From NCBI GenBank assembly GCA_032372955.1, contig GCA_032372955.1_4725.1: a stretch of 64,000 nucleotides of DNA; one strand, 5' to 3'. Of this stretch, positions 9,683-20,498 are shown piece by piece. The first letter of the stretch is position 1, and each line of letters begins with the position of its first letter. A model generated the notes under the pieces. That model worked only from the letters and a program-made list of their open reading frames with translations, did no database searches and had not been told where the DNA came from. The stretch is from Escherichia coli (GTDB taxonomy: Bacteria; Pseudomonadota; Gammaproteobacteria; Enterobacterales; Enterobacteriaceae). The position numbers and the translations under genes are program-made.

Positions 9683-11416
9683 ATGGGAAGAGAGATTACC
9701 AATCCGGTGCTTTATGCACAACAGCATCCGGATAAACTCGCTATTCAGGATCTCGACAGACGCTATACCACCTATGCGTATAAAGAGATCTATAATGGCG
9801 TTGAAGAAGACTGGAAACTTTACGTTCCCAACGTGGATGATAAAGTTGAAGACTGGGATACGAATGCGGTGTACCGTGTTATCGCCGTAGACGATCGCAC
9901 AAAACTAAGTACCCTTAAACTTATCGGTCAGCTGTCTGCTCCGTTCGATGGCCAGGGCGACGGGACGACAACCTTTGAAGGTATCGATCCGACGTGGTCG
10001 TACGACACATGGCGTGTATTGATTAATACGAACACGATCCCAGCTACGATGAATATCGATCGTCGTTTCCATCTGCACGGCTCGGATATTCGACGTATCG
10101 CAGTGTTCCGCGGTTCTGATATTAGCGCCAAAGGCGAAATCATCAGTGCGATGTATGATAACAGCGGGAATAAGATCAGTGACTTTATTCCGTGTCAGCT
10201 TATCGCTTACAAAGATGGAACGAATAAAGCCATCTGGGCACCCCGTGAAGGCTACTGCATTAAACCCGTCGAAGATTTTGAGCAGGTGATGGTGGTGGGT
10301 TATGGTGACGGTCCGCAGCCGTTATCCATGAAGCGCATGATCGTTCGTATCACTGACTACGTGCGCACTCCAGACCAGGGTATTAAATATATTCTGGAAG
10401 ACGGGGTACGACTGAAATCAACATGGCTGAGCAGCAGCGATACCAAACTGCTTGAGTTACCGATCAACGTCAACCTGGACTCCGTTGACCTTCAGGCTGA
10501 AGTCACCTACAGTGATGGTTCCATTAAACATTGGCCGGTTACTGGTAACAAGGTTGTGTTGGATGGCCTTAACGTCTTCACGTCCCAGGTTATCAACAGC
10601 AAACACCCGCTGGCGTTACACTACTACCTGGATGACGATGAGGACACGTCCTACGCGTTACCTGGCGCAGTGAAACATATTAGTGTCCCTTATACCGTTG
10701 TTTCTAAAGAAGCGAAAGGGGCATACAGTGTTAAACTGTTCTGCTATCCGCAATGGGTATCTGATGCGGTGGGATACGAGCTGGTATTCTGGTTGTACAA
10801 CGTTGACCGTGAGCGATACTACAACGTAACCGATAAAGTACAATTGGCGCTGAACAGTCCTGAGTTTAATCCGAAGAAATACGGACAACCTCAGGAATTT
10901 GCGTACAACATCTGGTTAGATGAAGTCGATCCTACTGTTTACAAACGCGTACGTCATACGCAGACTATTCGAATGACGTTACTGCAAGCAGGTTCGGCAA
11001 CATCCGGTGATTACTGGACAGTAACGTTCAGTTCGCAAACAACGCCGACGACAACGGACGTGTACGGTCGTAATACGAAAGCGTTGTTTACTTACGATGT
11101 TGCTGGTAACGCGTATGTTGATTTGACGAACAAACACTCAGATCTGGGTGAATGGTTGAAGCAGCTTTACTACCCGATACATCCGCTCTATCTTGAGAAA
11201 ACGGAATCGAAAGCACCAGAACCGACCCACTTTGAAATCATGGTTGGTCCTAACGTGCAGAAACGTTTCGAAATCTCGCAATGGAATAGGAACAATAACG
11301 TCCCAGGTGGTACGGGACAGGATAACGCTAACCTGTATATCCGCTGGATTAAAGTACAGAATGGCGTCGACCTACATCTCGGTATCACAGCAGTCGTTAT
11401 TAGTAAAGTCGCATAA
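9683..11416 (+). CDS. hypothetical protein
   Basis: About 577-aa ORF; first ATG at 9683 (track start 9677 is GTG). Confidence 0.5.
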   Translation: MGREITNPVLYAQQHPDKLAIQDLDRRYTTYAYKEIYNGVEEDWKLYVPNVDDKVEDWDTNAVYRVIAVDDRTKLSTLKLIGQLSAPFDGQGDGTTTFEGIDPTWSYDTWRVLINTNTIPATMNIDRRFHLHGSDIRRIAVFRGSDISAKGEIISAMYDNSGNKISDFIPCQLIAYKDGTNKAIWAPREGYCIKPVEDFEQVMVVGYGDGPQPLSMKRMIVRITDYVRTPDQGIKYILEDGVRLKSTWLSSSDTKLLELPINVNLDSVDLQAEVTYSDGSIKHWPVTGNKVVLDGLNVFTSQVINSKHPLALHYYLDDDEDTSYALPGAVKHISVPYTVVSKEAKGAYSVKLFCYPQWVSDAVGYELVFWLYNVDRERYYNVTDKVQLALNSPEFNPKKYGQPQEFAYNIWLDEVDPTVYKRVRHTQTIRMTLLQAGSATSGDYWTVTFSSQTTPTTTDVYGRNTKALFTYDVAGNAYVDLTNKHSDLGEWLKQLYYPIHPLYLEKTESKAPEPTHFEIMVGPNVQKRFEISQWNRNNNVPGGTGQDNANLYIRWIKVQNGVDLHLGITAVVISKVA

Positions 11417-11430
11417 GGTAATACAACGAT

Positions 11431-11452
11431 GGAGGGTGCCGAGCACCCTCCA
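11431..11452 (+). other. GC-rich hairpin upstream of terminase RBS
   Basis: ggagggtgc/gcaccctcc stem, loop cgag. Confidence 0.4.
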
Positions 11453-11466
11453 TCGGAGGAGTTTAT

Positions 11467-13698
11467 ATGTCGATTGTCGATCCGAAGAAAATCATCCTGT
11501 TTGAGGAAGATTGGGATTATTTTCCTCAGGCTGTCCCACACTGGGAAACAACAAACACAAGTTGGCGTGATTTAGCGATCTTGTATCGCCGTGAATTCGG
11601 TGTCCGAAACTCTGCGTTTTTCATGGCGTTATTAAACCCAAGATTAATCGGTGTTGATCCCCACGCACCGAATTTGACGTCAGAACAGATTCAGATGATC
11701 AGTGCGGAATGCTATCTTAATCCATGGTACTTCTTCCGTGAAGTGATGCGTGTTCCGGCTAAAGCGGGTGATAACAAAATCTCATTCCGTGCTAACCGCG
11801 GTAACATTCCGATGCTCTGGGGGATATTTACCCGAACGAACTGGTATCAGATACAGATACGTCAGACGGGTAAATCCATGACCATGTTAGGGTTGTTCTG
11901 TTATCTAACCTATGTTCGTAGTCGAAACACCGAGGTTATTCAGTTAACAAAAGACGGTGATGCCCGCACGAAAACGGTAGAAGACGTGCGTAGTATACGC
12001 GATCTGCTGCCTGCATATCTCTGGACGCTGGATAGTCGCGATTCATCGAACAAAGAGAACGTGACCTACACGCGTTTCAAGAACAAGCTATCGGTAAAGA
12101 TTCCACGTTCGGATAAGAAACAAGCAACAAACATCGGTCGTGGTCTAACAACCCCGCTATTCCATAGCGACGAAACCGCGTTTACGAAATACATCGAAAT
12201 CATTGTTCCTGCTGGTATCGGTGCGATGGGTGCGGCACGCGATGAAGCATTAAGCAACGGTGACCTGACGAGTATCATCTACACGACAACGGCAGGTGAA
12301 TTGGATAAACGCGAAGGCAAATGGGCTTATGAAGTTTTCATGCGTTCCGCGCCGTTCTCTGAAAGTTTCTTTGACTGCCGTAACGAAAAGCATCTGCACC
12401 AGACGGTATTGAACAACGTACCGTGCGAGCTCAGCAAAGCGACCGTCAGGATCGGGGCACAATGGAACCATGCTCAGCTGGGCTTCAGTGACGAATGGTT
12501 AGCAAAAACCATGAACGAAACGGAAGGTGATAAACTTCAGAAAGACCGCGACTACATGAACATTTGGACCAACGGTTCAGCAGAAAGCCCGTTAACCGCC
12601 GAGATGGTTGAGATGATCATGGCAGGACAACGTGAAATCGACCATATCGAGATCTCACCTGAAGGCTACTGCATTAACTGGTATATACCCCGAGGTAAAA
12701 TCGAGACATACATGCAGAACAACAAGGTGGTTGCTGGTTTAGATACCAGTGACGCGATAGGTCGTGATGCTATCGGTTTGGTGATGGTGGATGTGGAAAC
12801 AGCAGAAGTTGTTGCGACAGGACGTTTTAATAAACTGAGCCTGCTTTCTTTTGCTCGTTGGATGGCCAACTTCATGATGCGTTTTAAGAACGTCACGTTG
12901 ATTCCTGAACGTAAAAGCAGTGCAATCATGCTGTTAGACGCAATTGAAGAGTTCTTGCGGCAAGCAGGCATCGACGTGTTCAAACGTGTATACAACACGA
13001 TTGTGGACAGACATGCTGATAACCCAGCGATGTTCGAAGACCTGAAATTACCATTAAGCATGCGTGATGAAAGTTGGTACGCTCAACGTAAACGGCACTT
13101 GGGTTTCACAACGGATGCACGCAAACGTATGGAGTTGTATTCCGACATCTTGATGGAAGGTATTGTAGAAACCCGCGGGCAGTTACGCGATAAGATGCTG
13201 TGTTCAGAGATTCTTGGGTTGGTTATTAAAGATGGGCGTGTTGACCACCAGGACGGAATGCACGACGACATGACGTTCGCATGGATGTTAGCGATGTGGT
13301 TCATCAAGCGCGCTAAGAAACAGATTCATTACGGTATCGATCCACTTAAAGTCATGAGTCGTTTACCGGCATCTGTGACGGGTGAAATCGATCCGTATGA
13401 AGCTTATCTTAACCAACAGCAAGCGAAGCTACGTCAACGCGTTGCTGAAATCTATGAGTTGCTTAAGACCGAAACCAACGGCCTTATCTTGGATCGATTG
13501 GAGGCAGAGCTTCTTACCTATAAAGGAAAAATACGCGGGGAGGATTCAGCGTCTGTCTCTATCGACGCGATGATTACGAAAGCGAGGGAGGAACGAGCGA
13601 ATACGTATCGTCAAATAAGTCGCTCTTCGAACGAACGGAATATTTCTCGTAATGCGTGGATGACGATGGGTCAATACCGACCAGGGGGTTTTTTCTAA
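11467..13698 (+). CDS. terminase large subunit
   Basis: 743 aa; Walker A-like IRQTGKS (compare T4 gp17 SRQLGKT); C-terminal nuclease-like motif DHQDGMHDDMTFAWMLA; ggagga RBS. Confidence 0.7.
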   Translation: MSIVDPKKIILFEEDWDYFPQAVPHWETTNTSWRDLAILYRREFGVRNSAFFMALLNPRLIGVDPHAPNLTSEQIQMISAECYLNPWYFFREVMRVPAKAGDNKISFRANRGNIPMLWGIFTRTNWYQIQIRQTGKSMTMLGLFCYLTYVRSRNTEVIQLTKDGDARTKTVEDVRSIRDLLPAYLWTLDSRDSSNKENVTYTRFKNKLSVKIPRSDKKQATNIGRGLTTPLFHSDETAFTKYIEIIVPAGIGAMGAARDEALSNGDLTSIIYTTTAGELDKREGKWAYEVFMRSAPFSESFFDCRNEKHLHQTVLNNVPCELSKATVRIGAQWNHAQLGFSDEWLAKTMNETEGDKLQKDRDYMNIWTNGSAESPLTAEMVEMIMAGQREIDHIEISPEGYCINWYIPRGKIETYMQNNKVVAGLDTSDAIGRDAIGLVMVDVETAEVVATGRFNKLSLLSFARWMANFMMRFKNVTLIPERKSSAIMLLDAIEEFLRQAGIDVFKRVYNTIVDRHADNPAMFEDLKLPLSMRDESWYAQRKRHLGFTTDARKRMELYSDILMEGIVETRGQLRDKMLCSEILGLVIKDGRVDHQDGMHDDMTFAWMLAMWFIKRAKKQIHYGIDPLKVMSRLPASVTGEIDPYEAYLNQQQAKLRQRVAEIYELLKTETNGLILDRLEAELLTYKGKIRGEDSASVSIDAMITKAREERANTYRQISRSSNERNISRNAWMTMGQYRPGGFF

Positions 13699-13712
13699 GA
13701 GTAGTCCGCAGA

Positions 13713-13736
13713 CTCCCCGTTAATACCGGCGGGGAG
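13713..13736 (+). terminator. hairpin after terminase gene
   Basis: ctcccc...ggggag stem immediately downstream of the stop. Confidence 0.35.
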
Positions 13737-13771
13737 ACTATAACGTATTATAATACTAACGACGTATAACG

Positions 13772-14092
13772 TTGAGGTACGCCATGGGCGATTCATTTGA
13801 TCATGACACACTTGAGCAATTACGTATTTTAATCAAACTTGTCGGGCAGCTGGAAACCGACGATAACTTAACAGATAACGCGCATTTTATTTTAAGCGAT
13901 AAGAACATCCTTGTCGAACGCATTCAAAATAAATGCCAACGTCTTCTGTTGTATGTAGAAGATCCTGATTGTTTAAGCGCTAGAACAAAACATCTATTCG
14001 ATGCGGGTATTCGTGTTTGCGCTCAATCGGAGGATCTTTTCTGTTGGCAAAGAGGTGTATTGTTTACGGCAAAAGGTCGCATTGAATTTTAA
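13772..14092 (+). CDS. hypothetical protein
   Basis: 106-aa ORF; gaggta RBS. Confidence 0.45.
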   Translation: MRYAMGDSFDHDTLEQLRILIKLVGQLETDDNLTDNAHFILSDKNILVERIQNKCQRLLLYVEDPDCLSARTKHLFDAGIRVCAQSEDLFCWQRGVLFTAKGRIEF

Positions 14093-14104
14093 GGCAAACA
14101 TAGT

Positions 14105-14153
14105 CCTCCTCTGGGTTCCATTCCCAGAGGAGGCTATGAGGCCTGAGCATTTT
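14105..14153 (+). terminator. hairpin plus T-tract
   Basis: 11-bp stem cctcctctggg/cccagaggagg, then atttttgg. Confidence 0.5.
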
Positions 14154-14285
14154 TGGTCTGTCGAGCACTGTGAGAGAACGACAGTTAACCAGGAGAGGAC
14201 AAACGACTTAAAGGGATGGTACTCCTGGGTGAAGCCCTATGCTTCAAATAATAACCAACGTCAGTAAAGTTTTACCGTTACGTTG

Positions 14286-15530
14286 TTAACGCGACATCGC
14301 ACGTCGAACGTAATAGTTACGGCTAAACACACGAAGCAGGATATACAGAAAGACACCAGTGCGTGTCGCTGCAGCCTCAGCGTCGTTTCTCGCGTTGGTT
14401 GCTTTCTTAATGACTTCAGAGCCGAGTTTACGCAGTTCTAACAGTTTCGGGTTGCTGGTGCGGTTAGACGTGTACACGTTACGCATGTAGAATAAGAACG
14501 TAAGATCGCGCATATCGACCTTATTCAAGATGATATACTCGATAGCATGCTCCATTACAAGCCGCAACATCTGAGAGACCTGCTTTCCGTCCTTTGTCGG
14601 CCGTTCTACGTTAGCGCTGATATAGCTTAACGCTCGCTCAAGGGATAAAAGATTGGTAGTATGATGCACGTCGAGTATGACGACCATGAGCTCACGTTTA
14701 ACGAAACTTGTTCGGTCATAAGCGATTTCGAACAGATATTGACGATAAGTGGTTTCGTTGCGTTTAATGTCGCGGACAGCGAGGCCGTCGTCTAATTCTA
14801 CAGTTTGAGAGGACGTGCCTATCTTCTTACCCTCTTCATACATCGCATAGTACGTATCGGTGATACGGTTGATAACCTTACGGATTCCGGTATTCACATC
14901 ACGTACAAAACGTTCGGCGACGCTATCAGGTTCCAGGGTTGACCAACGACTGAAATGTGTGCTATTACGCGCGATGATGGCATTACAGCGTTCGTCGATG
15001 TACTCATTCCAGCTATTCATGCGCTTGATGCCTGATTTGAGTGTTAACTCATCGTACGCCTTAATGGCGATAGCCGGATCAGCGTTATAAGGATAACGTC
15101 GTGCTACCAGACCGCAAATGAATTTATAATGGAGGACTTGCATTGCTGCAAGCATCCCGGCTTCACGAACCTTTTCTTTTTTGATTTGTTTGCTGTGGAA
15201 GATCGCATAAAGCAACCAACAGCAACTTAGGTTAAAGGCGTTTGAGGCAACACGGTTGGTCTGCGTATTGTAAAAGGGCAGTTTACTCAAATCGCGTCGT
15301 AAGCTTTCTTCATCCATCATCAAGACGTCGGAAAACCACATATCGTTATGTCTTGTTGTGAATCGGATTTTCTGTACACCTAACAGAACCCCACCGAAAA
15401 AACGCATATGTTCTTGGTCTTGCGTACGGAAGCGTGTCGCGTAACGGATAACCTGATTAACAAAATACTCGTCGATGTCAATGCCTTCCGCATGCGCATT
15501 AAACACCTGTAAAATAGAAGACATGAGCAT
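14286..15530 (-). CDS. hypothetical protein
   Basis: 414-aa ORF; start may be the second ATG at 15524 (better RBS spacing). Confidence 0.55.
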   Translation of the reverse strand: MLMSSILQVFNAHAEGIDIDEYFVNQVIRYATRFRTQDQEHMRFFGGVLLGVQKIRFTTRHNDMWFSDVLMMDEESLRRDLSKLPFYNTQTNRVASNAFNLSCCWLLYAIFHSKQIKKEKVREAGMLAAMQVLHYKFICGLVARRYPYNADPAIAIKAYDELTLKSGIKRMNSWNEYIDERCNAIIARNSTHFSRWSTLEPDSVAERFVRDVNTGIRKVINRITDTYYAMYEEGKKIGTSSQTVELDDGLAVRDIKRNETTYRQYLFEIAYDRTSFVKRELMVVILDVHHTTNLLSLERALSYISANVERPTKDGKQVSQMLRLVMEHAIEYIILNKVDMRDLTFLFYMRNVYTSNRTSNPKLLELRKLGSEVIKKATNARNDAEAAATRTGVFLYILLRVFSRNYYVRRAMSR

Positions 15531-15635
15531 GCTCCCTCAGATGGTAAACGTAATAAAGACTGTCATATCATCGCGAAATGGAGATTAAAATAAACCTACA
15601 TTACCTTCCTGATTACACTCGCGGAAGGCAATGCA

Positions 15636-16187
15636 ATGCCGTCCATACCACATAGGTCAGACATGAATATAGGATTAGAGTATATCGAATATGCATTAAC
15701 GTTCAACCTTTTCGAATTACATCGGCCCCTTCAATTGGGGTATTTGGTTAACGCCTCGGCAAACGAGGATAACTTCCAACTTCGGTTCACGCCACCGGGA
15801 TTACCCGACACGATCGTTGTCGAGGGTACCCTCGACAAACTTCGCGTTTATCTTCGTGACCCAGATGACCCTCAGCTTTTTTATCCTGGGTTCGCTTATA
15901 TGGTTAAAAACCATGTATTTCTCTTTACGGATACCGACATTGACGAGTGGTTTACTGAACAGTTTGCTGAATTCGGCTGTGTTACGGATTGGCGACACAA
16001 AGGCATGTCGCCATGCTGGATTCCCATTGAACGGTTTTGGGGTCATCAACATCAGCTTGGCTGTTATACGGTTGTTTTGGAAACCGCTGACTTCTTTGGG
16101 CATCGTGTATTACGCAACGCGAAATATGGTCGCGTCGTGGACCCATCAACGATAATTCATTCAGGTAAATTAAGGATTACAAGATGA
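15636..16187 (+). CDS. hypothetical protein
   Basis: 183 aa; ggaagg RBS. Confidence 0.5.
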   Translation: MPSIPHRSDMNIGLEYIEYALTFNLFELHRPLQLGYLVNASANEDNFQLRFTPPGLPDTIVVEGTLDKLRVYLRDPDDPQLFYPGFAYMVKNHVFLFTDTDIDEWFTEQFAEFGCVTDWRHKGMSPCWIPIERFWGHQHQLGCYTVVLETADFFGHRVLRNAKYGRVVDPSTIIHSGKLRITR

Positions 16188-16783
16188 GCTTTGTTCCAAC
16201 CTTTTCTAACGGTGTTGCAAGCGCTACACTTGACGACAACAATGTTACCGTGGAAATCCATCGCGGGTATCTTTCGGTGTATGATAACTCAACGGGATCG
16301 GATGCTTGTATATTCCGTTACCGTCTCGATGAAGATCGTTTCCAGATGGGCGCAATCTTCCAGAAGTTCGGTTTGGATTTCGAGACCCGCGTCGTCAGTG
16401 CGTTACAGCACAACCCGCTATGGATGATGTCAGCTGGCTTTACGCGTTGGCTTCACTACGGTGGCGATCCTCAAGCGGGCGTCATTCACTTCTTTCTGGA
16501 TAACGCCACCTACAACAACTGCATGGTTGTAGGTATTTCAATTAAACCAGAACAGTTACACCGACTGCTTTGTGTTGACGCATACATCGATGAAGACACA
16601 TTGCAAGATGATGCTGATCTCCTGCAGATGCTTATCAACGGAGATCCGTTAGACTTACGTCAACAAGCACCAACCGAACAAGTATGTTACACACCGACCT
16701 TTGCACCCGACCGAGTCCTGCACGGGCTTGGTGCGCTTTATGCGATGTTGATGGAGGTTTATGTCCCGTGCTTCAAAAATTAA
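16184..16783 (+). CDS. hypothetical protein
   Basis: 199 aa; overlaps upstream stop. Confidence 0.5.
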   Translation: MSFVPTFSNGVASATLDDNNVTVEIHRGYLSVYDNSTGSDACIFRYRLDEDRFQMGAIFQKFGLDFETRVVSALQHNPLWMMSAGFTRWLHYGGDPQAGVIHFFLDNATYNNCMVVGISIKPEQLHRLLCVDAYIDEDTLQDDADLLQMLINGDPLDLRQQAPTEQVCYTPTFAPDRVLHGLGALYAMLMEVYVPCFKN

Positions 16784-17121
16784 TGATTCCCAGCGTAAAT
16801 GCGGTCATTGATGATGAAACAAAAACCGTTCATGAAATCGTTGTTTCAGGAAACCATTACTACACCGTAAGCTGGTATCCACCAGATAACCGCATCTTTT
16901 TCAAACCGCATATCGAAATCCGTCGAGGAGATCATGAAGGATTGCTCTTGGGGTATATCCGACTCGACGGAGATAATACCCCACCCTGTTTTGAAAATGT
17001 GAACTTACACGATCCGCAACAATGGATAAAGATCATCGCTCAATCACGTTTATACAAGACGATGATAAAGAAGGAAGATGTATTCGAATCGTTAAAGGTT
17101 CATGCAGAAATAGGCTGTTAA
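16783..17121 (+). CDS. hypothetical protein
   Basis: 112 aa from internal Met MIPSVNAV; TAATG overlap with upstream stop. Confidence 0.4.
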   Translation: MIPSVNAVIDDETKTVHEIVVSGNHYYTVSWYPPDNRIFFKPHIEIRRGDHEGLLLGYIRLDGDNTPPCFENVNLHDPQQWIKIIAQSRLYKTMIKKEDVFESLKVHAEIGC

Positions 17122-17147
17122 CATAAAAGAGATAAACAGATACTACG

Positions 17148-17190
17148 CCGTCTCGAGTTGTCTCGAGACGGTAAGTTTATACTGTTTTGC
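17148..17190 (+). terminator. hairpin terminator
   Basis: 10-bp stem ccgtctcgag/ctcgagacgg then T-rich sequence. Confidence 0.5.
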
Positions 17191-17426
17191 TTATTCATTT
17201 GAGCAATACTGAATGCTTACTCTCTCCCTTAAAAAGGAGAGGGCCGGTAGGCCAGTATTACTTGGGAGAATGGGGAGGCGGGGAGCATTATATCTGTTTA
17301 CTATCTTTAGATAGGACATAGCTTAATAGAGATAAGAACACGTTATTAACAATACGTAAAACATAACCTCTTTTAAACTTAATATGTCAATTAAACAACA
17401 TATCAAACATACTAAGGATTTCTATC

Positions 17427-18464
17427 ATGGATCAATTACCAGGATTAGATAACATCACTTATTCAGCTTCTCTTGTTCTTAATCGTCACGTCATCGCTGT
17501 CACGAGTGGTATAGTACCACGGGAGTTGATAACGCAATCCCCTTGTTCGTTACTATTGCGTGTACAGCATACCAGCGTTCCTGTACACAAGCCCTTTGTT
17601 TACCCAGAGCGTGAAGACAAATGGTTAAAGATGGTGGAGGGCCCACTGCACTGGACAACGCTAGCAGATGAAGAAGGACTAAGTGACCAAGAGAAAGATG
17701 ACGTGTTCCTCAGCGTACGTAATCTGGCTGCTTTCGTCGTCGCTAGTCGTATGGATACCCATGAGGAACGCGTAGCCGAAATCGATAGCAAGTTACGTTA
17801 CCTACTCGCTAATCCGGCTCGTGAGCCATACGCTAAAGAAGAAGTCGACGGTGTTCTGTTTGAATATTACCAATTCGAAGTTAGTAATAATGACTTAGGA
17901 TCGACAATGGTGCCCACGGCACGTTTAGGCCAGGTATCAGATTTAATCCGTAATGATTGGCTTTATCGTACGCATCCTGTTTTCTTTGCGAAAGGCGATC
18001 AGCCGTTAATTACCGCAGCATTCATTGCAGGATACAATAAAGAAACCGATAAAGGTGAGATTTATCTCGCGGTTTATCGCGGCCATATCCCTATCAGTAC
18101 GGGCGGTAAGCTACAATTTTGGGGTATCGATTTCACTATCTTGGATTGCGGGTTACTGCTACGCGACAAACGTGCGTTAACGCTTCTGGATTATAACTTC
18201 CAGGATCTTACCGTAATGGATCTGAAGCAGGCTATTCCTATCATGGAGTATCCTACCAAAACCGGCGTTAAGAATTTCATCGCTGCTGCAGAGGAAAGCC
18301 CGTTAGGGACATGGCATGTTAGCCTGCAATACAACGGGACAGAATGGTATCGTGATAAACATGCTCCGGAAGTTGATCCTGCGTTAAAAGAGCGTTTATT
18401 ACGCGAGCTTGAACGATTCGTTGCAATGGAGAAAATGAACAATGACGTTAACAACGAACAATGA
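17427..18464 (+). CDS. hypothetical protein
   Basis: 345 aa; aagga RBS. Confidence 0.55.
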   Translation: MDQLPGLDNITYSASLVLNRHVIAVTSGIVPRELITQSPCSLLLRVQHTSVPVHKPFVYPEREDKWLKMVEGPLHWTTLADEEGLSDQEKDDVFLSVRNLAAFVVASRMDTHEERVAEIDSKLRYLLANPAREPYAKEEVDGVLFEYYQFEVSNNDLGSTMVPTARLGQVSDLIRNDWLYRTHPVFFAKGDQPLITAAFIAGYNKETDKGEIYLAVYRGHIPISTGGKLQFWGIDFTILDCGLLLRDKRALTLLDYNFQDLTVMDLKQAIPIMEYPTKTGVKNFIAAAEESPLGTWHVSLQYNGTEWYRDKHAPEVDPALKERLLRELERFVAMEKMNNDVNNEQ

Positions 18465-19266
18465 AGACACCAAAGATGCATTCGTGAGCGTTGAACTTGC
18501 GGATGTCTCTCTTATTGTCCGTGGCTATAAACCTGAACCTTATAAACAGGCGGCCGGTTTCAGACTCGCTCGGTCAGCAAGCCATTTAATGCCAGATGAG
18601 ATGGCGCTGATTACTGGTAAGATACGTTTGGTTTTTGAACCGGGTAATGACGGAAGAATACCCATTAGCACAACGTGTGTGGTATTCATTGATGACTATC
18701 CGTTGGTGCCTGTTGAATTGTCTACAGAACATCAATGGACCACCTTACCGATCACCCGTGGTTCATGCCAGAACTTTTCGTGTAAGACACCAATACTCCA
18801 AGAGATCTCTTCGTATAGCGACGGTGAACCGATACACACGTACGCACCGAAGTATTTCGACGACATCATTTTGTTCTTGTTGGATACGGATGATGTTGAG
18901 AAATACCTTCCTGAACGTACGACGTTCGTCAGCCCACGTAAACTGGAGATTGTTCGTGGCCGACCGCTGATGTTGGATCCAACCACCGAACGTCAACTCT
19001 TCACGTTACGTAAAGAAACCGATAACGATGGTCGAGAAGTGTGGGAGTTCCGCACGGATTATCTGTTGTTAAGTTTTATATTCCCGCAGGATCCGCATGA
19101 ACCCATTCAGGTTAAGCCGGGTAAATGGGGAGATGATGCATCGGATGAAGAACGCGTATCGATCGCGATGCAGTTGAAGATGATCATTCTTAGCGCGTTG
19201 CCTCGTTACGAGTGTTTACGGGATCGTATTTTCAACTACGTCGATACATCAGAAAGCGATAGTTAA
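18442..19266 (+). CDS. hypothetical protein
   Basis: 274 aa; ggaga RBS; overlaps upstream gene by 23 nt. Confidence 0.5.
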   Translation: MTLTTNNEDTKDAFVSVELADVSLIVRGYKPEPYKQAAGFRLARSASHLMPDEMALITGKIRLVFEPGNDGRIPISTTCVVFIDDYPLVPVELSTEHQWTTLPITRGSCQNFSCKTPILQEISSYSDGEPIHTYAPKYFDDIILFLLDTDDVEKYLPERTTFVSPRKLEIVRGRPLMLDPTTERQLFTLRKETDNDGREVWEFRTDYLLLSFIFPQDPHEPIQVKPGKWGDDASDEERVSIAMQLKMIILSALPRYECLRDRIFNYVDTSESDS

Positions 19267-19279
19267 TGAATAGGCTACC

Positions 19280-19654
19280 ATGGATAACATCAGCGTTATT
19301 CGTGAGTACCGTGCCGCCATTTATGTCGGCCCAATCGTCGATGTGTTAGACCTCGCTTTACGTTCGCCATTCCCTGACCCCGATGCGCGTCACCTGATGG
19401 TTGAATATGTCATTTTACAGGCCATCTTTGATTGTGGCCTGTTTTATTCTGATCAGTTAGCTTTGGCGTATTACTTCAAGCCGGAGATAACACAACTGTT
19501 GCAGGTGTTGTCGAGGAAGGTGCAGACAGATGTTCGTAAATGTGTTGTAGGTCAATTAGAGCCGAATTTCTGGTATCGATATGAATTCGAATTAGAAAGC
19601 GCTACATTGGAATACAACATGCTCCGGTTGGTGATGATCCGACAAGGAGTTTAA
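19280..19654 (+). CDS. hypothetical protein
   Basis: 124-aa ORF. Confidence 0.45.
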   Translation: MDNISVIREYRAAIYVGPIVDVLDLALRSPFPDPDARHLMVEYVILQAIFDCGLFYSDQLALAYYFKPEITQLLQVLSRKVQTDVRKCVVGQLEPNFWYRYEFELESATLEYNMLRLVMIRQGV

Positions 19655-19665
19655 GGAGGATCTTC

Positions 19666-19965
19666 ATGACGACGAAGAAGAAAGTAATGCCGAAGGCTGC
19701 GCATGGTATCTACGAATTGTGGTTATTGGATAAACACGGCTATAAGGTCTTAACGAAAGAAGAAGGACGTCATGTTAAAGCAGGACTCATGGTACTACAA
19801 GGTGAGTTGTTGCTAGATAATGGCACGTTGTTTCTGAATGGAAGGAAAATTGCTGTAAAACAAGGACGTCGATATGAGATTTGTTATCCGTTGCGTCCAG
19901 GTGCGATGAAGAATGCGCTTTACGCAAGTATGCGTGCTGCGATGAAACGGGAAGGGTTGTTATGA
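19666..19965 (+). CDS. hypothetical protein
   Basis: 99 aa; strong aaggagga RBS. Confidence 0.5.
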   Translation: MTTKKKVMPKAAHGIYELWLLDKHGYKVLTKEEGRHVKAGLMVLQGELLLDNGTLFLNGRKIAVKQGRRYEICYPLRPGAMKNALYASMRAAMKREGLL

Positions 19966-20498
19966 TGAGTGAGAAACCGCAAGTAAAGCTATATAAATCC
20001 GGCTATACGACAATAGAATACATTGAAGGGATTCACAAAAAGAAAGGTGCGGCGTATGTGCTGCATTATTCCAAACATCACGATACGCTATTTGCTTTTA
20101 CCGTAGTAAATATGCGAAATGTGAGTAGTAATGATATCGAACGTTGGTTAAATATCCATCCGACCGATGATCGTGTTCAATTTATCGTTACGCCATGTGT
20201 TGCGTTTTCTGGTAACGCCTATCGTTTTATGGATAGCGAAGACGGCGAATTATTTCTACGTTTGTATATCACCGACATTGCGAAGACAAGATCGACACCA
20301 TCATTGATCGTTGATGAGACAAAGACGCAATACGGTATTCAGTTCGATTGTTTACCGGACGATCTCATTTTCAGTAATAAGCTATCAACCTCGGCCTGTA
20401 TTATTGCTGCTGAATTTGCGAACGTGCTGAAAGTGTTTAAACGGCAAATACCTCCCTCGAAAACACCGAGGGAGGAAGCTGTTGTTAATCAGAAGTAA
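19962..20498 (+). CDS. hypothetical protein
   Basis: Start at internal MMSEKPQ (ATGATGA overlap with upstream stop). Confidence 0.45.
   Translation: MMSEKPQVKLYKSGYTTIEYIEGIHKKKGAAYVLHYSKHHDTLFAFTVVNMRNVSSNDIERWLNIHPTDDRVQFIVTPCVAFSGNAYRFMDSEDGELFLRLYITDIAKTRSTPSLIVDETKTQYGIQFDCLPDDLIFSNKLSTSACIIAAEFANVLKVFKRQIPPSKTPREEAVVNQK

Noticed and set aside
17122-17426. 305-bp intergenic region examined for tRNA or small RNA genes
   Set aside because: Contains hairpins but no cloverleaf-compatible arrangement or T-loop GTTCRANYC box; best explained as terminator plus promoter spacer.
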